A DNA stretch of 64,000 nucleotides from Candidatus Enterousia sp. (GCA_045586565.1 JAZNAO010000006.1:1457-65456), one strand, 5' to 3'. Counted from the stretch's first letter, positions 38,582-50,001 are shown. Program-made: numbers and translations. The notes: generated by a model from the letters alone, not told the origin.

Positions 38582-40990
38582 ATGGCAACATTAACACTTG
38601 GAAAATCTGTAACAACTGACGCGGTCCGCAGCAAGAAAGGCGACGCGGTGTTCGTTGAACGCCGTCGTCGTGTTGTTGCACCAAACAGCAAGGAATTACG
38701 CGATGAACCTGTTGTGCCATCTGCACCCAAAAATGCTGCAGATGAAAAATTGCGTGCTGTTTTGGCGGCGGCCAAGGCGCGTGAAGAAGAACGCAAAGCA
38801 CGCGAAGCCGAAGAGGCAGCTGCGGCTGCTGCGCGTGCCGCAGAAATTGAACGTGAAAACCGCGAATATGAACAGGTTAAATCACAATTGGCGGCCCGCG
38901 AAAACGCAGGTGCTAATGTGAACGATGTTGCCGAAGAACCTGTGGCGCAACGCAACACAAAACATTCTGCCACGCCAAAGGTGTTTGTGAACAATGCTGT
39001 CGCAGGACAGGGGCGTAAAAATCGCAATAATGACGATGAAGATACGCACCATAATAAATTCAACAATTCAAAAAAAGATTTTAAAAAGTCTGGTAAAATT
39101 CATTTGCATGATATTGTTATGGGCGATGGTGATGATGACGATGAAATTGGGATTCGTGGTGCAAATCGTCGCCGTTCCGAAGCGTCTTTAAAACGTTTTC
39201 GTGAAAAAGCACGTGCAATATTTTCTGCCCCACAAAAGGTTGAACATGTTGTCACATTGGGTGATACGATTACGGTCAAAGACCTGGCGGCGGCAATGGC
39301 AGAAAAGGTTGGTAATGTTATCAAGAAACTGATGGAAATGGGAATGATGGTGTCTGTGAATCAGTCTATTGATGCGGATACTGCTGAACTTATCGCGGGT
39401 GAATTTGGTGCGACCGTTAAACGTGTTGATGTCAAACCATATGCAGACCAACTTGAACGCGAACCGAATCCAGAAAATCTGACACCACGTGCGCCAGTTG
39501 TGACGGTTGTGGGACACGTTGATCACGGCAAGACATCATTGCTGGACGCGTTCCGTAATGCTAATGTTGCGGCCGGCGAAGCAGGGGGTATTACCCAACA
39601 CGTATCATCGTATGAGGTTAAAACAAAATCTGGCGCAATGATTACGTTCTTGGATACACCGGGTCACGAAACATTTACAGCAATGCGCGCACGTGGTGCC
39701 CAGATGGCAGATATTGTTGTTTTGGTTGTTGCGGCAAACGATTCCATTATGCCACAAACAATCGAAGCAATAAATCACATCCGTGCGGCGAACGTTCCGT
39801 TTATAGTTGCAATCAACAAAATCGATTTACCCGAAGCAAATGCGTTGCGCGTAAAAACAGACCTGTTGCAACAAGAAGTTCAGGTTGAAGAAATGGGTGG
39901 TGATGTTCAATGTGTTGAAATTTCTGCAACCAAAAAAATCGGTTTGGATAAACTGGAAGAAGCGATTTTATTGCAGGCCGAAATGATGGAATTAAAAGCA
40001 GATGCACAAATGCCTGCGGTTGCATATGTGGTCGAAGCCAAACAAGAAAAAGGTTTGGGGGCGGTTGCAACTGTTTTAATGCGCCAAGGTACATTGAAAA
40101 TTGGTGATGTGTTTGTGGTTGGTGAAACATTTGGTCGTGTTCGCGGATTGATAAATTCGTCTGGTGAACGCGTGAAATCTGTGCGCCCTGGTCAGCCTGC
40201 GGTTGTTTTGGGATTGAATACCGTGCCAGGGGCTGGGGATGAATTGCGTGTCATGGAAACCGAAGCGCAAACACGTGAAGTGGCGGCATATCGTGCCCAG
40301 AAAACTAAAGACAAGGCAAACGCTGTTAAACGTTCGTCTTTGGAAGAATTATTCGCCAAACGTGACGAAACGAAAAAATTGATTTTGCCAATAATCTTGC
40401 GTGCAGATGTTCAAGGTTCTGTCGAAGCAATTACAGATATGGTCAAAGAAATAAATACTGATAAGGTCGGTGTAGAAGTTCTGTCGTCTGGTGTTGGTCA
40501 AATTACCGAAGGTGATATACGTTTGGCAACGGCATCTGGGGCTGTAATTATTGCGTTTAACGTCCGTGCAGATTCTGTTGTGCGTGATATGGCACGCAGT
40601 AATGGTGTTGATATTCGCTATCACAGTGTTGTATATCGTATCACAGATGAAATCAAAGAAATACTGTCTGGCAAATTGGCGCCTGAAAAACATGAAACGT
40701 TTATTGGGTATGCCGATGTTATCGCGTTGTTTACTGTGGGCAAGGGTATACGTGTTGCCGGATGTCGCATGACCGAAGGTGTAATCAAGAAAGATGCGTT
40801 CGTACGTTTGTTGCGTAATAATGTCGTTATATATGACGGCAAAATCGGACAACTGCGTCGTGAAAAGAACGAAGTCAAAGAAGTGTCTGGTGGCGTTGAA
40901 TTCGGTATGTCTTTTGACAAGTATAATGACTTGAAAGAAGGCGACCGCGTTGAATGTTACGAGGTTGAAGAAGTTCGTGCACAAATATAG
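38582..40990 (+). CDS. infB: Translation initiation factor IF-2.
   Basis: GTPase motifs [14 protein letters not shown] and NKID. Lys/Ala/Glu-rich N-terminal region. Confidence 0.95.
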   Translation: MATLTLGKSVTTDAVRSKKGDAVFVERRRRVVAPNSKELRDEPVVPSAPKNAADEKLRAVLAAAKAREEERKAREAEEAAAAAARAAEIERENREYEQVKSQLAARENAGANVNDVAEEPVAQRNTKHSATPKVFVNNAVAGQGRKNRNNDDEDTHHNKFNNSKKDFKKSGKIHLHDIVMGDGDDDDEIGIRGANRRRSEASLKRFREKARAIFSAPQKVEHVVTLGDTITVKDLAAAMAEKVGNVIKKLMEMGMMVSVNQSIDADTAELIAGEFGATVKRVDVKPYADQLEREPNPENLTPRAPVVTVVGHVDHGKTSLLDAFRNANVAAGEAGGITQHVSSYEVKTKSGAMITFLDTPGHETFTAMRARGAQMADIVVLVVAANDSIMPQTIEAINHIRAANVPFIVAINKIDLPEANALRVKTDLLQQEVQVEEMGGDVQCVEISATKKIGLDKLEEAILLQAEMMELKADAQMPAVAYVVEAKQEKGLGAVATVLMRQGTLKIGDVFVVGETFGRVRGLINSSGERVKSVRPGQPAVVLGLNTVPGAGDELRVMETEAQTREVAAYRAQKTKDKANAVKRSSLEELFAKRDETKKLILPIILRADVQGSVEAITDMVKEINTDKVGVEVLSSGVGQITEGDIRLATASGAVIIAFNVRADSVVRDMARSNGVDIRYHSVVYRITDEIKEILSGKLAPEKHETFIGYADVIALFTVGKGIRVAGCRMTEGVIKKDAFVRLLRNNVVIYDGKIGQLRREKNEVKEVSGGVEFGMSFDKYNDLKEGDRVECYEVEEVRAQI

Positions 40991-41005
40991 CCCAAGGATA
41001 AATAA

Positions 41006-41602
41006 ATGTTAAAAAAAACCACAGTCGTTTTGTTCGATTTTGATGGCACATTATCATGTCGCGATTCAAATGTTGCATTTGCAAAATATTGTTTCCGCCA
41101 CAGTATTCGTCCATGGTTTTTTCTGCCGCTGATGGGTGTATGCGCGATATCGCGTTTGTTTGTGCCTGATGGTATTTGGTGGCGTGAAAACATTCGTCGT
41201 TTTTTGACACCGCAAATGGTTAAAAAATTTGCGCCTGGATTTATCAAACAGCATAAATTGGAACGATTTGGGTGGGCCAAAGAACGTGTGCAATCTGAAC
41301 GTGATGCTGGTCACAAGGTTTTAATGGTTTCGGCCAGTCCTGATTACCTGTTGCGTCCATTGGTTCGCGATATGAAATTCGATGCGGTATTTTGTTCTGA
41401 AATGGACAAGCAGAAACCATGGAAATACGAATTTTTATGCTGGGGTAAAAACAAGGTTTTGATTATGGACGAATGGGCCAAAGAAAATAAAATTATTCCA
41501 CATGTAATTCGTGCATATTCGGACAGCAAATCAGATTTACCAATGATGGAAATCGCCGAAGAACAGGTCTGGATTGATCCGAAAACAGGTATGCGAAAAT
41601 AA
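41006..41602 (+). CDS. HAD-superfamily (subfamily IB-like) hydrolase.
   Basis: Motif I FDFDGTLS; motif IV YSDSKSDLPMM. Confidence 0.6.
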   Translation: MLKKTTVVLFDFDGTLSCRDSNVAFAKYCFRHSIRPWFFLPLMGVCAISRLFVPDGIWWRENIRRFLTPQMVKKFAPGFIKQHKLERFGWAKERVQSERDAGHKVLMVSASPDYLLRPLVRDMKFDAVFCSEMDKQKPWKYEFLCWGKNKVLIMDEWAKENKIIPHVIRAYSDSKSDLPMMEIAEEQVWIDPKTGMRK

Positions 41603-41642
41603 ACCCAGTGTTTTAATTATTTGTTCGTGTTAAAGTGTTTCT

Positions 41643-41900
41643 ATGGCATTGATAGAAACACTTTTTGATTTATTGGTGGCATCTGCGGGTGCGATTGTCG
41701 GTGTGTTGTTTGGATTGTTCCTGGAACGTAAACGGCGTCGCCAAATGGCAAATCAATTGATTGTCAGTCGTCAAACATTGGATAAAGTAAAATTGGAAAA
41801 CGAACGATTATTGGAAACAATACGCGAAAAAGAAAATCTGATTTTACAAATGGAAATGCAAATTCTGGGACGGCGTTCGCGCGCACGAAAAAAGAAATAA
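41643..41900 (+). CDS. Small membrane-anchored coiled-coil protein (LapA-like), hypothetical.
   Basis: One N-terminal transmembrane segment followed by a basic coiled-coil; 85 aa. Confidence 0.35.
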   Translation: MALIETLFDLLVASAGAIVGVLFGLFLERKRRRQMANQLIVSRQTLDKVKLENERLLETIREKENLILQMEMQILGRRSRARKKK

Positions 41901-41929
41901 TTGCAAATATATATTTTTTGTCTTAAAAT

Positions 41930-43984
41930 TTGCGTATTATGAAATTAAAGAAATTTTTTCGATTTTTATTGAATTTTTTCTTTTGGGCGTTTGTTGTTGG
42001 AATCGCGTCTTTGGCGGTATTGATTTTAATATATGGAAATGATTTGCCTGATTATAAAAAATTGGCAACGTATGCGCCACCGGTTGCGACACGTCTGTAT
42101 GCGTCTGATGGCTCATTGTTGATTGAATATGCCGAAGAACGTCGTGTGTTTATTGATTATGCAGATATGCCGTCTCAGTTGGTCAATGCGTTTATTGCGG
42201 CCGAAGATCAAAATTTCTGGACACATCCTGGCATTGATATCCAGGGTATTTCACGTGCGTTGGTAAACAATGCGATGCGTATGGTGGGGTATGATACGAC
42301 TTTATCTGGTGCATCCACAATAACACAACAGGTGGCAAAAAATTTCTTTTTAACATCAGAACGCACGATATCGCGCAAAATTAAAGAAGCGATTTTGGCA
42401 TTGCGTCTGGAACGCACATTTTCCAAAGAACATATTTTAACATTGTATATGAATCAGATATTCTTGGGTGCACGTGCATATGGTGTTGGTTCTGCGGCAT
42501 TGATGTATTTTAATAAACCTGTATCTGAATTGACGTTGGCAGAATGTGCGTTTTTGGCATCTTTGCCCAAGGCACCAAATAATCGCACCCGTGCGGTTGA
42601 ACGTCGTAATTATGTTCTGCGACGTATGGTCGAAGAAGGTTTTATTACACAATCTGATGCAGATGTGGCCGCGTCCGAAGAATTAAATATCAACAGTGGT
42701 TTTACCGCCCAGATGGCCGAAGAATTCCAATACTTTGCCGAAGATGTTCGCCGTCAATTGTTGGGGACATTGGGACGTGAAACACTGTATAATCAGGGTT
42801 TGTATATAAAAACAACAATTGTTCCTGAATTGCAAATTGCGGCCTCTAATGCGCTGAACAAAGAATTGGATGCGTATAACACCGGTCGTAATGAAGATGA
42901 TAAATTACAAGGTGCGATAATTGCCATGAATCCACATACGGGTCGTATTGTGGCAATGGCGGGCGGTCGTTCTTTTAACGACAGTTCGTTTAACCGCGCC
43001 ACCCAGGCATATCGTCAAATTGGTTCAACAATAAAACCGTTTGTATACTTGGCGGCGTTGGAACGTGGATATACGCCACAAACAATGATTTTGGATGCAC
43101 CAATTGTTGGCTGGCGCGAAGATGACACGTTGTGGAAGCCTGAAAATTATGACAAGAAATTCTTGGGCGATGTGCCGTTGCGTTTGTCGTTGGAAACATC
43201 ACGTAATGTTCCGACGGTTCGTCTGGTGGAACAGATTGGTACCCAAAACGCGATTGAGGTGGCCCAGCGTTTCGGTGTATATCCCGCCGATATGAAGAAT
43301 ATGAATTTATCAATGGCATTGGGTTCTGGTGAAACAACATTGGAAAAATTAGTTTTGGGGTATTCGGCATTTATCAATGGCGGTCGTGCGATAAAATCCA
43401 AATTGGTTGACTATATCGAAGACAGATATGGACGTGTTATTGATGGCGCGTCACTGGATTTGGTTGAATGGACTGACGATTTAACGCCACCTGAAATGGT
43501 TGTTGAATCTGAACCATTATCTGATGCGCACAGTTTGTATCAAATGGTGTCTATTTTACAGGGTGCAGTTGAACGTGGCACCGGGAAACAAGCGCGTGTA
43601 TCTGGACATACAATTGCGGGCAAGACAGGTACCACAAATGATGTCAAAGATGTTTGGTTTATCGGTTTTTCCAAAGATTTAATTGCGGGTGTATACCTGG
43701 GGTTTGACACACCAAAGCCTTTGGGGCGTGGTGCGGGTTCGCATATGGCTGCGCGCGTTTTTGCAGATTTTATGCGTGTTGCGTTGGCTGATGCCAAGAA
43801 TCAGCCTTTTTCGGTTCCAGATGGCCTGACATTTATGCGTGTCAATCGGCGCAGTGGGGCATCTGCCACCGCGGACCCGGATGGGACAATTATCTTAGAG
43901 GCATTCAAGCCTGGTCAATCACCAAATCCTGCACCAAAACAAAAAACGGCTGTCAAAGGACCTGTGGTTGGCGGTGTGTTTTAA
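41930..43984 (+). CDS. mrcA: Penicillin-binding protein 1A (bifunctional transglycosylase/transpeptidase).
   Basis: Transglycosylase motif EDQNFWTHPGID. Transpeptidase motifs STIKPF, SRN and KTGT. Confidence 0.95.
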   Translation: MRIMKLKKFFRFLLNFFFWAFVVGIASLAVLILIYGNDLPDYKKLATYAPPVATRLYASDGSLLIEYAEERRVFIDYADMPSQLVNAFIAAEDQNFWTHPGIDIQGISRALVNNAMRMVGYDTTLSGASTITQQVAKNFFLTSERTISRKIKEAILALRLERTFSKEHILTLYMNQIFLGARAYGVGSAALMYFNKPVSELTLAECAFLASLPKAPNNRTRAVERRNYVLRRMVEEGFITQSDADVAASEELNINSGFTAQMAEEFQYFAEDVRRQLLGTLGRETLYNQGLYIKTTIVPELQIAASNALNKELDAYNTGRNEDDKLQGAIIAMNPHTGRIVAMAGGRSFNDSSFNRATQAYRQIGSTIKPFVYLAALERGYTPQTMILDAPIVGWREDDTLWKPENYDKKFLGDVPLRLSLETSRNVPTVRLVEQIGTQNAIEVAQRFGVYPADMKNMNLSMALGSGETTLEKLVLGYSAFINGGRAIKSKLVDYIEDRYGRVIDGASLDLVEWTDDLTPPEMVVESEPLSDAHSLYQMVSILQGAVERGTGKQARVSGHTIAGKTGTTNDVKDVWFIGFSKDLIAGVYLGFDTPKPLGRGAGSHMAARVFADFMRVALADAKNQPFSVPDGLTFMRVNRRSGASATADPDGTIILEAFKPGQSPNPAPKQKTAVKGPVVGGVF

Positions 43985-44052
43985 TTCGTATAATACCATT
44001 TGTTTATTCAAAGTTTTGTGATAGAATGTTTGCATAAGGAAAGGATTTTATT

Positions 44053-45141
44053 ATGCTGACGGATTATTTTTTTAATTATGGATTGTCATTTTTTGCCAGT
44101 GGTTGGACTCAGTTTGCTGGTGGTTTCTTTGTTGCATTTTTAACACTTTTGTTGCTGGGCAAACCGTTTATCGGTGCGATGCATGTGTTACAGAAAAAAG
44201 GACAACCAATCAGTGAAAATGTTCCAAATGCCCATCGTAAAAAGGCGGGGACCCCAACAATGGGGGGGCTGTTGATTATTTTTGCAATTGTTTTGGGCAG
44301 TATTTTATTTATGCCATTGTCAAATCCAACAGGTTGGATTGCGTTGGCGGCACTGATAATGTTCGGCGCATTGGGTTTTGTTGATGATTATAAAAAGGTT
44401 GTATCTCAATCCAAAAAGGCAGCAAACGGTCTGTCGCCATTTACGCGTTTGTTTGTCGAAGGTATATTTGTCGTTATCTTGGCGTATTTGATAAATCAAA
44501 CAATGCCACCATATATTCCGGAATATTCGTTGGCAATTGGCGCAGGTATAATTTTGCCGTTGGGGTTATTATATTATATTTTTGCATATTTTGTAATTTG
44601 TGGCAGTGCCAATGCCACCAACATCACAGATGGTTTGGATGGTATGTTGGCAAAGTTATATATGCCTGTATTGGTTGTTTTGGTTGTGGCGCTATATGGT
44701 GCAACGCGTATTGGATTTATGGATACGGTAATGTTCTTGCCGATGGCCAGTGGTCTGTATGCAGTTCTGGGGGCGGCATTTGGCGCAGTGTTGGGTTTTC
44801 TGTGGTATAATGCTAAGCCTGCATCGATATTTATGGGGGACGTTGGTTCATTGGCGTTGGGCGGATTTATGGGAACGGTTGCAATGTTGTTAAAGTCTGA
44901 AATTATTATGGGGATTGCTGCCGGTATGATGGTTTTGATTTTACTGTCATCATTTATCCAGACAATGTATTTCAAGATCACGCGCAAATTGACTGGTACC
45001 GGTCGCCGTGTGTTCTTGCGCGCACCATTGCATCATCATTTTGAAGAATTAGGGTGGGCCGAAACAAAAATCGTAGAGCGCTTTTTCGTATTGTCTATTC
45101 TGTTTTCTGGATTGGCACTGGTATTATTAAAATTTGCATAA
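44053..45141 (+). CDS. mraY: Phospho-N-acetylmuramoyl-pentapeptide transferase MraY.
   Basis: Polytopic membrane protein with NATNITDGLDG and MGDVGSLALG motifs. Confidence 0.95.
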   Translation: MLTDYFFNYGLSFFASGWTQFAGGFFVAFLTLLLLGKPFIGAMHVLQKKGQPISENVPNAHRKKAGTPTMGGLLIIFAIVLGSILFMPLSNPTGWIALAALIMFGALGFVDDYKKVVSQSKKAANGLSPFTRLFVEGIFVVILAYLINQTMPPYIPEYSLAIGAGIILPLGLLYYIFAYFVICGSANATNITDGLDGMLAKLYMPVLVVLVVALYGATRIGFMDTVMFLPMASGLYAVLGAAFGAVLGFLWYNAKPASIFMGDVGSLALGGFMGTVAMLLKSEIIMGIAAGMMVLILLSSFIQTMYFKITRKLTGTGRRVFLRAPLHHHFEELGWAETKIVERFFVLSILFSGLALVLLKFA

Positions 45142-46315
45142 ATATAGTTGTATCGCAATGAAGTTTGTAGACCGCACAGAAGAAAGTACTTTGACCAGTT
45201 GGTATTTTGAAACAGATCGTCGTCTGTTGTGGTGTGTGCTGACAATGATTTTGTTGTCGGTCGTGTTTGTTATATCGGCCGGTTCAATCAAGGCCGAACA
45301 TATGGGCGAAGCATGGTATTATTTTCTGGTCAAGGCGATACCATTTTACACACTGGGTATAATAACATTATTGATAACCAGTTTTTTAAATAAAAAGCAG
45401 GTGTTATGGTTGGCGGGTGCAAATTTGGCGTTTGGGTTGGGGTTATTGCCACTAACGGTTGTTGCGCCACATGTTATAAATAACTCTGCGCGATTTGTGT
45501 CGCTGGGCGGATTTAATATTATGCCGTCGGACATTATGAAGCCTGGCTTTATTATTATGACCGCGTATTTTTTATCGCGTATGAAAGATCGATATGGCGC
45601 GAATATATTCTTTAACAAAGACGCGTGGCGATTTGACACGTGGCTAAGTTGGGTGTATTACCTGGCATTATTTTTATTGGTCTTGTTCGTGATATTTAAT
45701 CATCCAGACTTTGGAACATCTATTTTATATTTGGCGGTATTTTCTGCGATGATATTTATTGCAGGACTACCACTGGTTTTAATCCCAGTATTGGGCGGAT
45801 TGGGACTGTTTATGTTGGTTGTTGCGTTCTTTACGCTGGGGCACGTCCATCGTCGTATAATTGCGTTCTTTACAGGTTCTGGTGACACGTACCAGGTTGA
45901 TAATTCTGTTGATTCAATTCGTCATGGTGGGCTGTTGGGGTCTGGTGATGACGCGTTTGTAAAACAATACCTGCCTGACGTTCATACAGACTTTATCTTT
46001 GCGGCCATCGCCGAAGATTTAGGTGCGATAATGGCGTGTGGTTTATTGGTATTACTGTTTTATGTTTTTCGTCGTTTAATAAAGAATGCAACCAATGCGC
46101 GTGATTTGTTTGTATTATATGCCACAGGTGGCACGGCGGCATTATTCGGCACCCAGATATGTTTTAACATGTTGACAACATTAAATCTGTTTGCGCCCAA
46201 AGGTATGACATTGCCATTTATATCATACGGTGGCAGTTCGCTGTTGGCATATTGTCTGCTGTTTGGGATGATATTGGCTCTAATTCGTGAAGATAAATGG
46301 AAATCAAAGGAATGA
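45134..46315 (+). CDS. ftsW: Peptidoglycan glycosyltransferase FtsW (SEDS family).
   Basis: SEDS-family membrane protein placed between mraY and murG. Overlaps the mraY stop. Confidence 0.8.
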   Translation: MHKYSCIAMKFVDRTEESTLTSWYFETDRRLLWCVLTMILLSVVFVISAGSIKAEHMGEAWYYFLVKAIPFYTLGIITLLITSFLNKKQVLWLAGANLAFGLGLLPLTVVAPHVINNSARFVSLGGFNIMPSDIMKPGFIIMTAYFLSRMKDRYGANIFFNKDAWRFDTWLSWVYYLALFLLVLFVIFNHPDFGTSILYLAVFSAMIFIAGLPLVLIPVLGGLGLFMLVVAFFTLGHVHRRIIAFFTGSGDTYQVDNSVDSIRHGGLLGSGDDAFVKQYLPDVHTDFIFAAIAEDLGAIMACGLLVLLFYVFRRLIKNATNARDLFVLYATGGTAALFGTQICFNMLTTLNLFAPKGMTLPFISYGGSSLLAYCLLFGMILALIREDKWKSKE

Positions 46316-46319
46316 TGCT

Positions 46320-47363
46320 ATGAAAATATGGATTGCAACGGGTGGTACAGGCGGACATGTATTTCCGGCCCTTAGTGTCGCTGAGTGCTTGGTTGCGCGT
46401 GGGCATCGTGTGACAATTTCGTGTGATGGTCGTGTGCATGAAATGGTGCGTCATGATATGCCACGTGGGGCGCATATATCGCATGTATGGGCGTCAGGTG
46501 TTGGTGCAAAAAGTCGTTTAAAACAAATGTGGGCATTGTTTAAAATTGGCGTTTCTGCAGTTACTTTAACCTTGCGTTTTATGGTGTTCCGTCCAGATCG
46601 TGTTGTGGCATTTGGCGGATATGCATCTGTTGCGCCAGTGTTTGCAGCGCATGTTTGGCGTGTTCCAACATTTCTGCATGAACAGAACGCGGCAATTGGT
46701 CGTGCGAATAAGTTTACAATGCGTTGGGTAAAAACATTGATGACCAGTTTTCCGTCTGTATCTGGCATTCCGCAAAATGGTGTTCGTGTTGTTTATACAG
46801 GATTACCGGTGCGTCATGATTTTTTAAGTGCGACCGGTGCGCCGCTGCCAAACGCATCACGTCTGTTGGTGACGGGTGGTTCTTTGGGGGCGCAAATACT
46901 GGACGATATTGTTCCGGGTGCTGTCGCTGCAATGAAAAATAAAAAGATTTTTGTGACGCATCAAACGCGTCCAGAAAATGTTGCGCGATTGCAAAAATTC
47001 TATGCGGACAATAAAATCCGTGCAAATGTATTGTCGTTTATTCATGATATGGCGGGCGCGATTGTTGGTGCTGATTTGGTAATTGGGCGCAGTGGCGCCA
47101 GCACAGTTGTTGAATTGCAAACAATTGGTCGTCCGGCAATATTGGTTCCGTTGGGAATCAATCCTGACCAGGCGGCAAACGCGGCATCTTTTGCAAAGTC
47201 TGGGGGTGGTTTTGCGATAGAGCAATCTAAATTTACATTGCGTTGGTTGACATCAACGTTGTGTGATTTGTTTGATAATCCATCGCGTTTGAACAAGATG
47301 GCGCAAAAAGCATTGGTGCCAAATAATGCGGTTGATTTAATTTGTGACGAAGTAACAAAATAA
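46320..47363 (+). CDS. murG: UDP-GlcNAc:lipid I N-acetylglucosaminyltransferase MurG.
   Basis: N-terminal TGGTGGHVFPA motif. Start at MKIWIATGG (46320). Confidence 0.9.
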   Translation: MKIWIATGGTGGHVFPALSVAECLVARGHRVTISCDGRVHEMVRHDMPRGAHISHVWASGVGAKSRLKQMWALFKIGVSAVTLTLRFMVFRPDRVVAFGGYASVAPVFAAHVWRVPTFLHEQNAAIGRANKFTMRWVKTLMTSFPSVSGIPQNGVRVVYTGLPVRHDFLSATGAPLPNASRLLVTGGSLGAQILDDIVPGAVAAMKNKKIFVTHQTRPENVARLQKFYADNKIRANVLSFIHDMAGAIVGADLVIGRSGASTVVELQTIGRPAILVPLGINPDQAANAASFAKSGGGFAIEQSKFTLRWLTSTLCDLFDNPSRLNKMAQKALVPNNAVDLICDEVTK

Positions 47364-47364
47364 A

Positions 47365-47397
47365 AAAAAATTCCGGTGTTGCCGGAATTTTTTATTT
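47365..47397 (+). terminator. Intrinsic terminator after murG.
   Basis: TTCCGGTGTTGCCGGAA followed by a T tract. Confidence 0.7.
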
Positions 47398-47452
47398 TCT
47401 GCTTGCGTGCGATTCGTCATTTGTTCTATGATGCAAATGGAAGGAAAGGAAA

Positions 47453-48733
47453 ATGCGTCATATTACAATCAGTATATTGTCTGCACTGGTTACTGTGCCT
47501 GCGTTTGCAGCGGCGGGGTTGCCAGTGGTAAACATTGCGTCTGGCGGTGTTTCTGCGCGCAGTGCGTTTGGCGAATCGGTTCCTGTGGAACGCGGTGTTT
47601 CTGTTGCGCCTGTGGTGCAAAATATTGCAACGCGTCCTGTTGTTGCGCGTGTTTCGACAATAAAACCTGTGGCGCCATCTGTTGATACTGGTGATACAAT
47701 TATTTCGTCAAACGATGTCTTGATGCCTCGTCGCCCCAGTGCTGATTTGTGGGCCAAGAATGATGTGGCGTTACGTATGCCAACACCTGATGAATTTTCC
47801 GTTATTCGGACTGATACAGTTTTACCAGAGGAGAGACTGGACCAACAATCATCACAACAATTTGCAATCAGTTCGCCGTCACCTGATGTTGTATCACGTG
47901 AATCGGTCGCGATGTCTGAAATTGATAATCAGATTGTGCGCTTGGCGCAATTGCAGCAACGTGCCGATGACAGTGTCCGTAATGTTTCGCCGCGTGTAAT
48001 TGCGGCACCGATTGCGGAAATGAAAACCGTCGCACCAACCGCAATCGCATCAAATGAATCTGCAAATGTATCGTCACCTGTATCGTTACGTCGTATGGTT
48101 GTTCCGATGGAAACGCCAGATGTTGTGGTGCGCAGTGTTGAAAAAAATATTTCGCCACGTATTGCATCTGTCCGTGACGATATGACAAAAATGACCCCGG
48201 CCCAGTTGCGCCAGGCGTTCAGAAAAACTTTTTTGTCAGAAAACAAGCATTTGTCCACATATTCTGTTGACGATCGATTTGATGTGGCCAGTGATATGTC
48301 GTCGTCTATCGAAGGCTTTACTGCGCGTCGTAATTTGTCTGAAACCGGTGGCATTCGCGCATTAGAAATCAAAATAAATTTCCGCAACGATGATTCTTCA
48401 TTGTCGCGTGATAATTATAATCTGTTATCAGAATACGCGGGTATTGTCATAAATGATCCAAAGCGTGCGATTCAGATTGCAATACCACAAGGTATGACTG
48501 TGGGAACGGATACGCGTAAATTGGCAGCGCGTCGTTTGGCAATTGTTGAACAAGTCTTGACAGATAACGGTGTATCAAAACAGCGTATTGTTCCTGTATT
48601 GTCATCGCGTAATGAACAGGGTTTTGTTCTGCGTATTATATCCAGTGATGAATACGAAACATTGACCCAGCAAAAACACGATATTTTCGGTGACACGGTT
48701 GGGAAAAAGACTTATAAAAGTATGTCGTGGTAG
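47453..48733 (+). CDS. Hypothetical secreted protein with a possible OmpA-like C-terminal domain.
   Basis: Signal peptide MRHITISILSALVTVPAFAAA. Ser/Val-rich middle region. C-terminal ...AARRLAIVEQVLTDNGVSKQRI resembles OmpA/MotB peptidoglycan-binding domains. Confidence 0.45.
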   Translation: MRHITISILSALVTVPAFAAAGLPVVNIASGGVSARSAFGESVPVERGVSVAPVVQNIATRPVVARVSTIKPVAPSVDTGDTIISSNDVLMPRRPSADLWAKNDVALRMPTPDEFSVIRTDTVLPEERLDQQSSQQFAISSPSPDVVSRESVAMSEIDNQIVRLAQLQQRADDSVRNVSPRVIAAPIAEMKTVAPTAIASNESANVSSPVSLRRMVVPMETPDVVVRSVEKNISPRIASVRDDMTKMTPAQLRQAFRKTFLSENKHLSTYSVDDRFDVASDMSSSIEGFTARRNLSETGGIRALEIKINFRNDDSSLSRDNYNLLSEYAGIVINDPKRAIQIAIPQGMTVGTDTRKLAARRLAIVEQVLTDNGVSKQRIVPVLSSRNEQGFVLRIISSDEYETLTQQKHDIFGDTVGKKTYKSMSW

Positions 48734-49449
48734 AATTAGTTCGTGTATTTATTGAATTTTTGTTTCCGCCGGCGTGTCCACTGTGTGATACGCCGGTATC
48801 AATTCATGGTGAATTATGCGGCGATTGTTGGTCTGCGATGAGTTGGATATCTGGTGCGCATTGTGCGTGTTGTGGTTATCCATTTCCATTGGAATTAGAT
48901 TTGCCGGATGGTGCCATGTGTCCGGTATGCGCATCTGGGAAAAATGAGTTGGATTGGATTCGTTCTGCGTGCGTATATGATGACGTTTCACGTTCGGCAA
49001 TGTTGCCGTTTAAACATGGTGGTCGTGTCGGTTATGCGCGATTTATGTCGCGTGCAATGATTTGGGCATTGCGCGATGTAAATGTTGATGCAGATATTGT
49101 TATGCCGGTGCCATTGGCGCGTGGTCGATTGTTTAAACGCGGTTATAACCAGGCAACATTATTGGCGCGCCCAATTGCGCGTGCGTTGGGTGTAAAAATG
49201 GATGTTGATTCTGTGCGTCGTAAATATCGCCCAGATATGGGGCATAAAAACGCACGTCAACGTGCAGAAAATATCCATGGTGTGTTTACTGTGGTAAATC
49301 CAGATGTGATACGTGGTCGGAAAATTTTGTTGGTTGATGATGTTATGACAACAGGTGCAACATTTGCAGAATTGCGTCGCGTTTTAATGCGTGCAGGTGC
49401 GACAGCGGTATACGGCGTGACATTTTGTCGCGTTGCACACGCGGTTTAG
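48727..49449 (+). CDS. comF: ComF-family phosphoribosyltransferase.
   Basis: N-terminal double CxxC zinc finger (CPLCD...CGDCW, CACCGY...CPVC). C-terminal PRTase motif VLLVDDVMTTGAT. Confidence 0.8.
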   Translation: MVELVRVFIEFLFPPACPLCDTPVSIHGELCGDCWSAMSWISGAHCACCGYPFPLELDLPDGAMCPVCASGKNELDWIRSACVYDDVSRSAMLPFKHGGRVGYARFMSRAMIWALRDVNVDADIVMPVPLARGRLFKRGYNQATLLARPIARALGVKMDVDSVRRKYRPDMGHKNARQRAENIHGVFTVVNPDVIRGRKILLVDDVMTTGATFAELRRVLMRAGATAVYGVTFCRVAHAV

Positions 49450-49889
49450 TTATATGTGTATTCTGATGTAAGTCTTACGATTCTGTTTTTTAACAATTGC
49501 ATTTCTTGTTGTATAACGCGTTTGGAACACGCATCAAAGATATTGATAATTTCCTGTTCGCGTGGCGTAAATATTCTGCGGTTTGCAGATACCGTCATAT
49601 GTGCAATATCTTCTTCATATGCGGTGTCTTCTTCATATATCATAATCGTATATAATACATCGGTGGATCCGTTTGGGGTTTCAAAGAAATCGCGCGCCAT
49701 TTCTATATATTTGTCGCCCACGATGCATATTTTGTATATAATTGCACCTTGTTCATGCAGTGTACTGATAACACTGCTGTCGATCAGCGAATGAATCATC
49801 GGTATTGCATCTTCGGATAATGGTAAAAAATCTTTGTCTATTGTCGCCATGTTGGTTTTAATGATAGATACAAAAAAAACAGTTGTCAA
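49446..49889 (-). CDS. Hypothetical protein (147 aa).
   Basis: ORF only. A LuxR-like C-terminus was considered but the alignment is poor. Confidence 0.3.
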   Translation of the reverse strand: MTTVFFVSIIKTNMATIDKDFLPLSEDAIPMIHSLIDSSVISTLHEQGAIIYKICIVGDKYIEMARDFFETPNGSTDVLYTIMIYEEDTAYEEDIAHMTVSANRRIFTPREQEIINIFDACSKRVIQQEMQLLKNRIVRLTSEYTYN

Positions 49890-50001
49890 GTTTTTGTTTT
49901 GTGACCAATATACATCGTGTTTTTGTCTGATTTTCTTGAATTCTGAATTTAATCTGATACGATAAATGTCAGGTTATTTTTTACAAAACAGGACAACAGA
50001 T

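Noticed and set aside
41643-41900. Calling the 85-aa membrane/coiled-coil protein LapA (yciS).
   Set aside because: Topology and size fit, but there is no distinctive motif, so it is left as hypothetical.
49446-49889. Possible LuxR/GerE-type HTH at the C-terminus of the 147-aa hypothetical (FTPREQEIINIFDAC...).
   Set aside because: Only the first half of the HTH pattern matches and the recognition-helix consensus is absent, so it is too weak to call.
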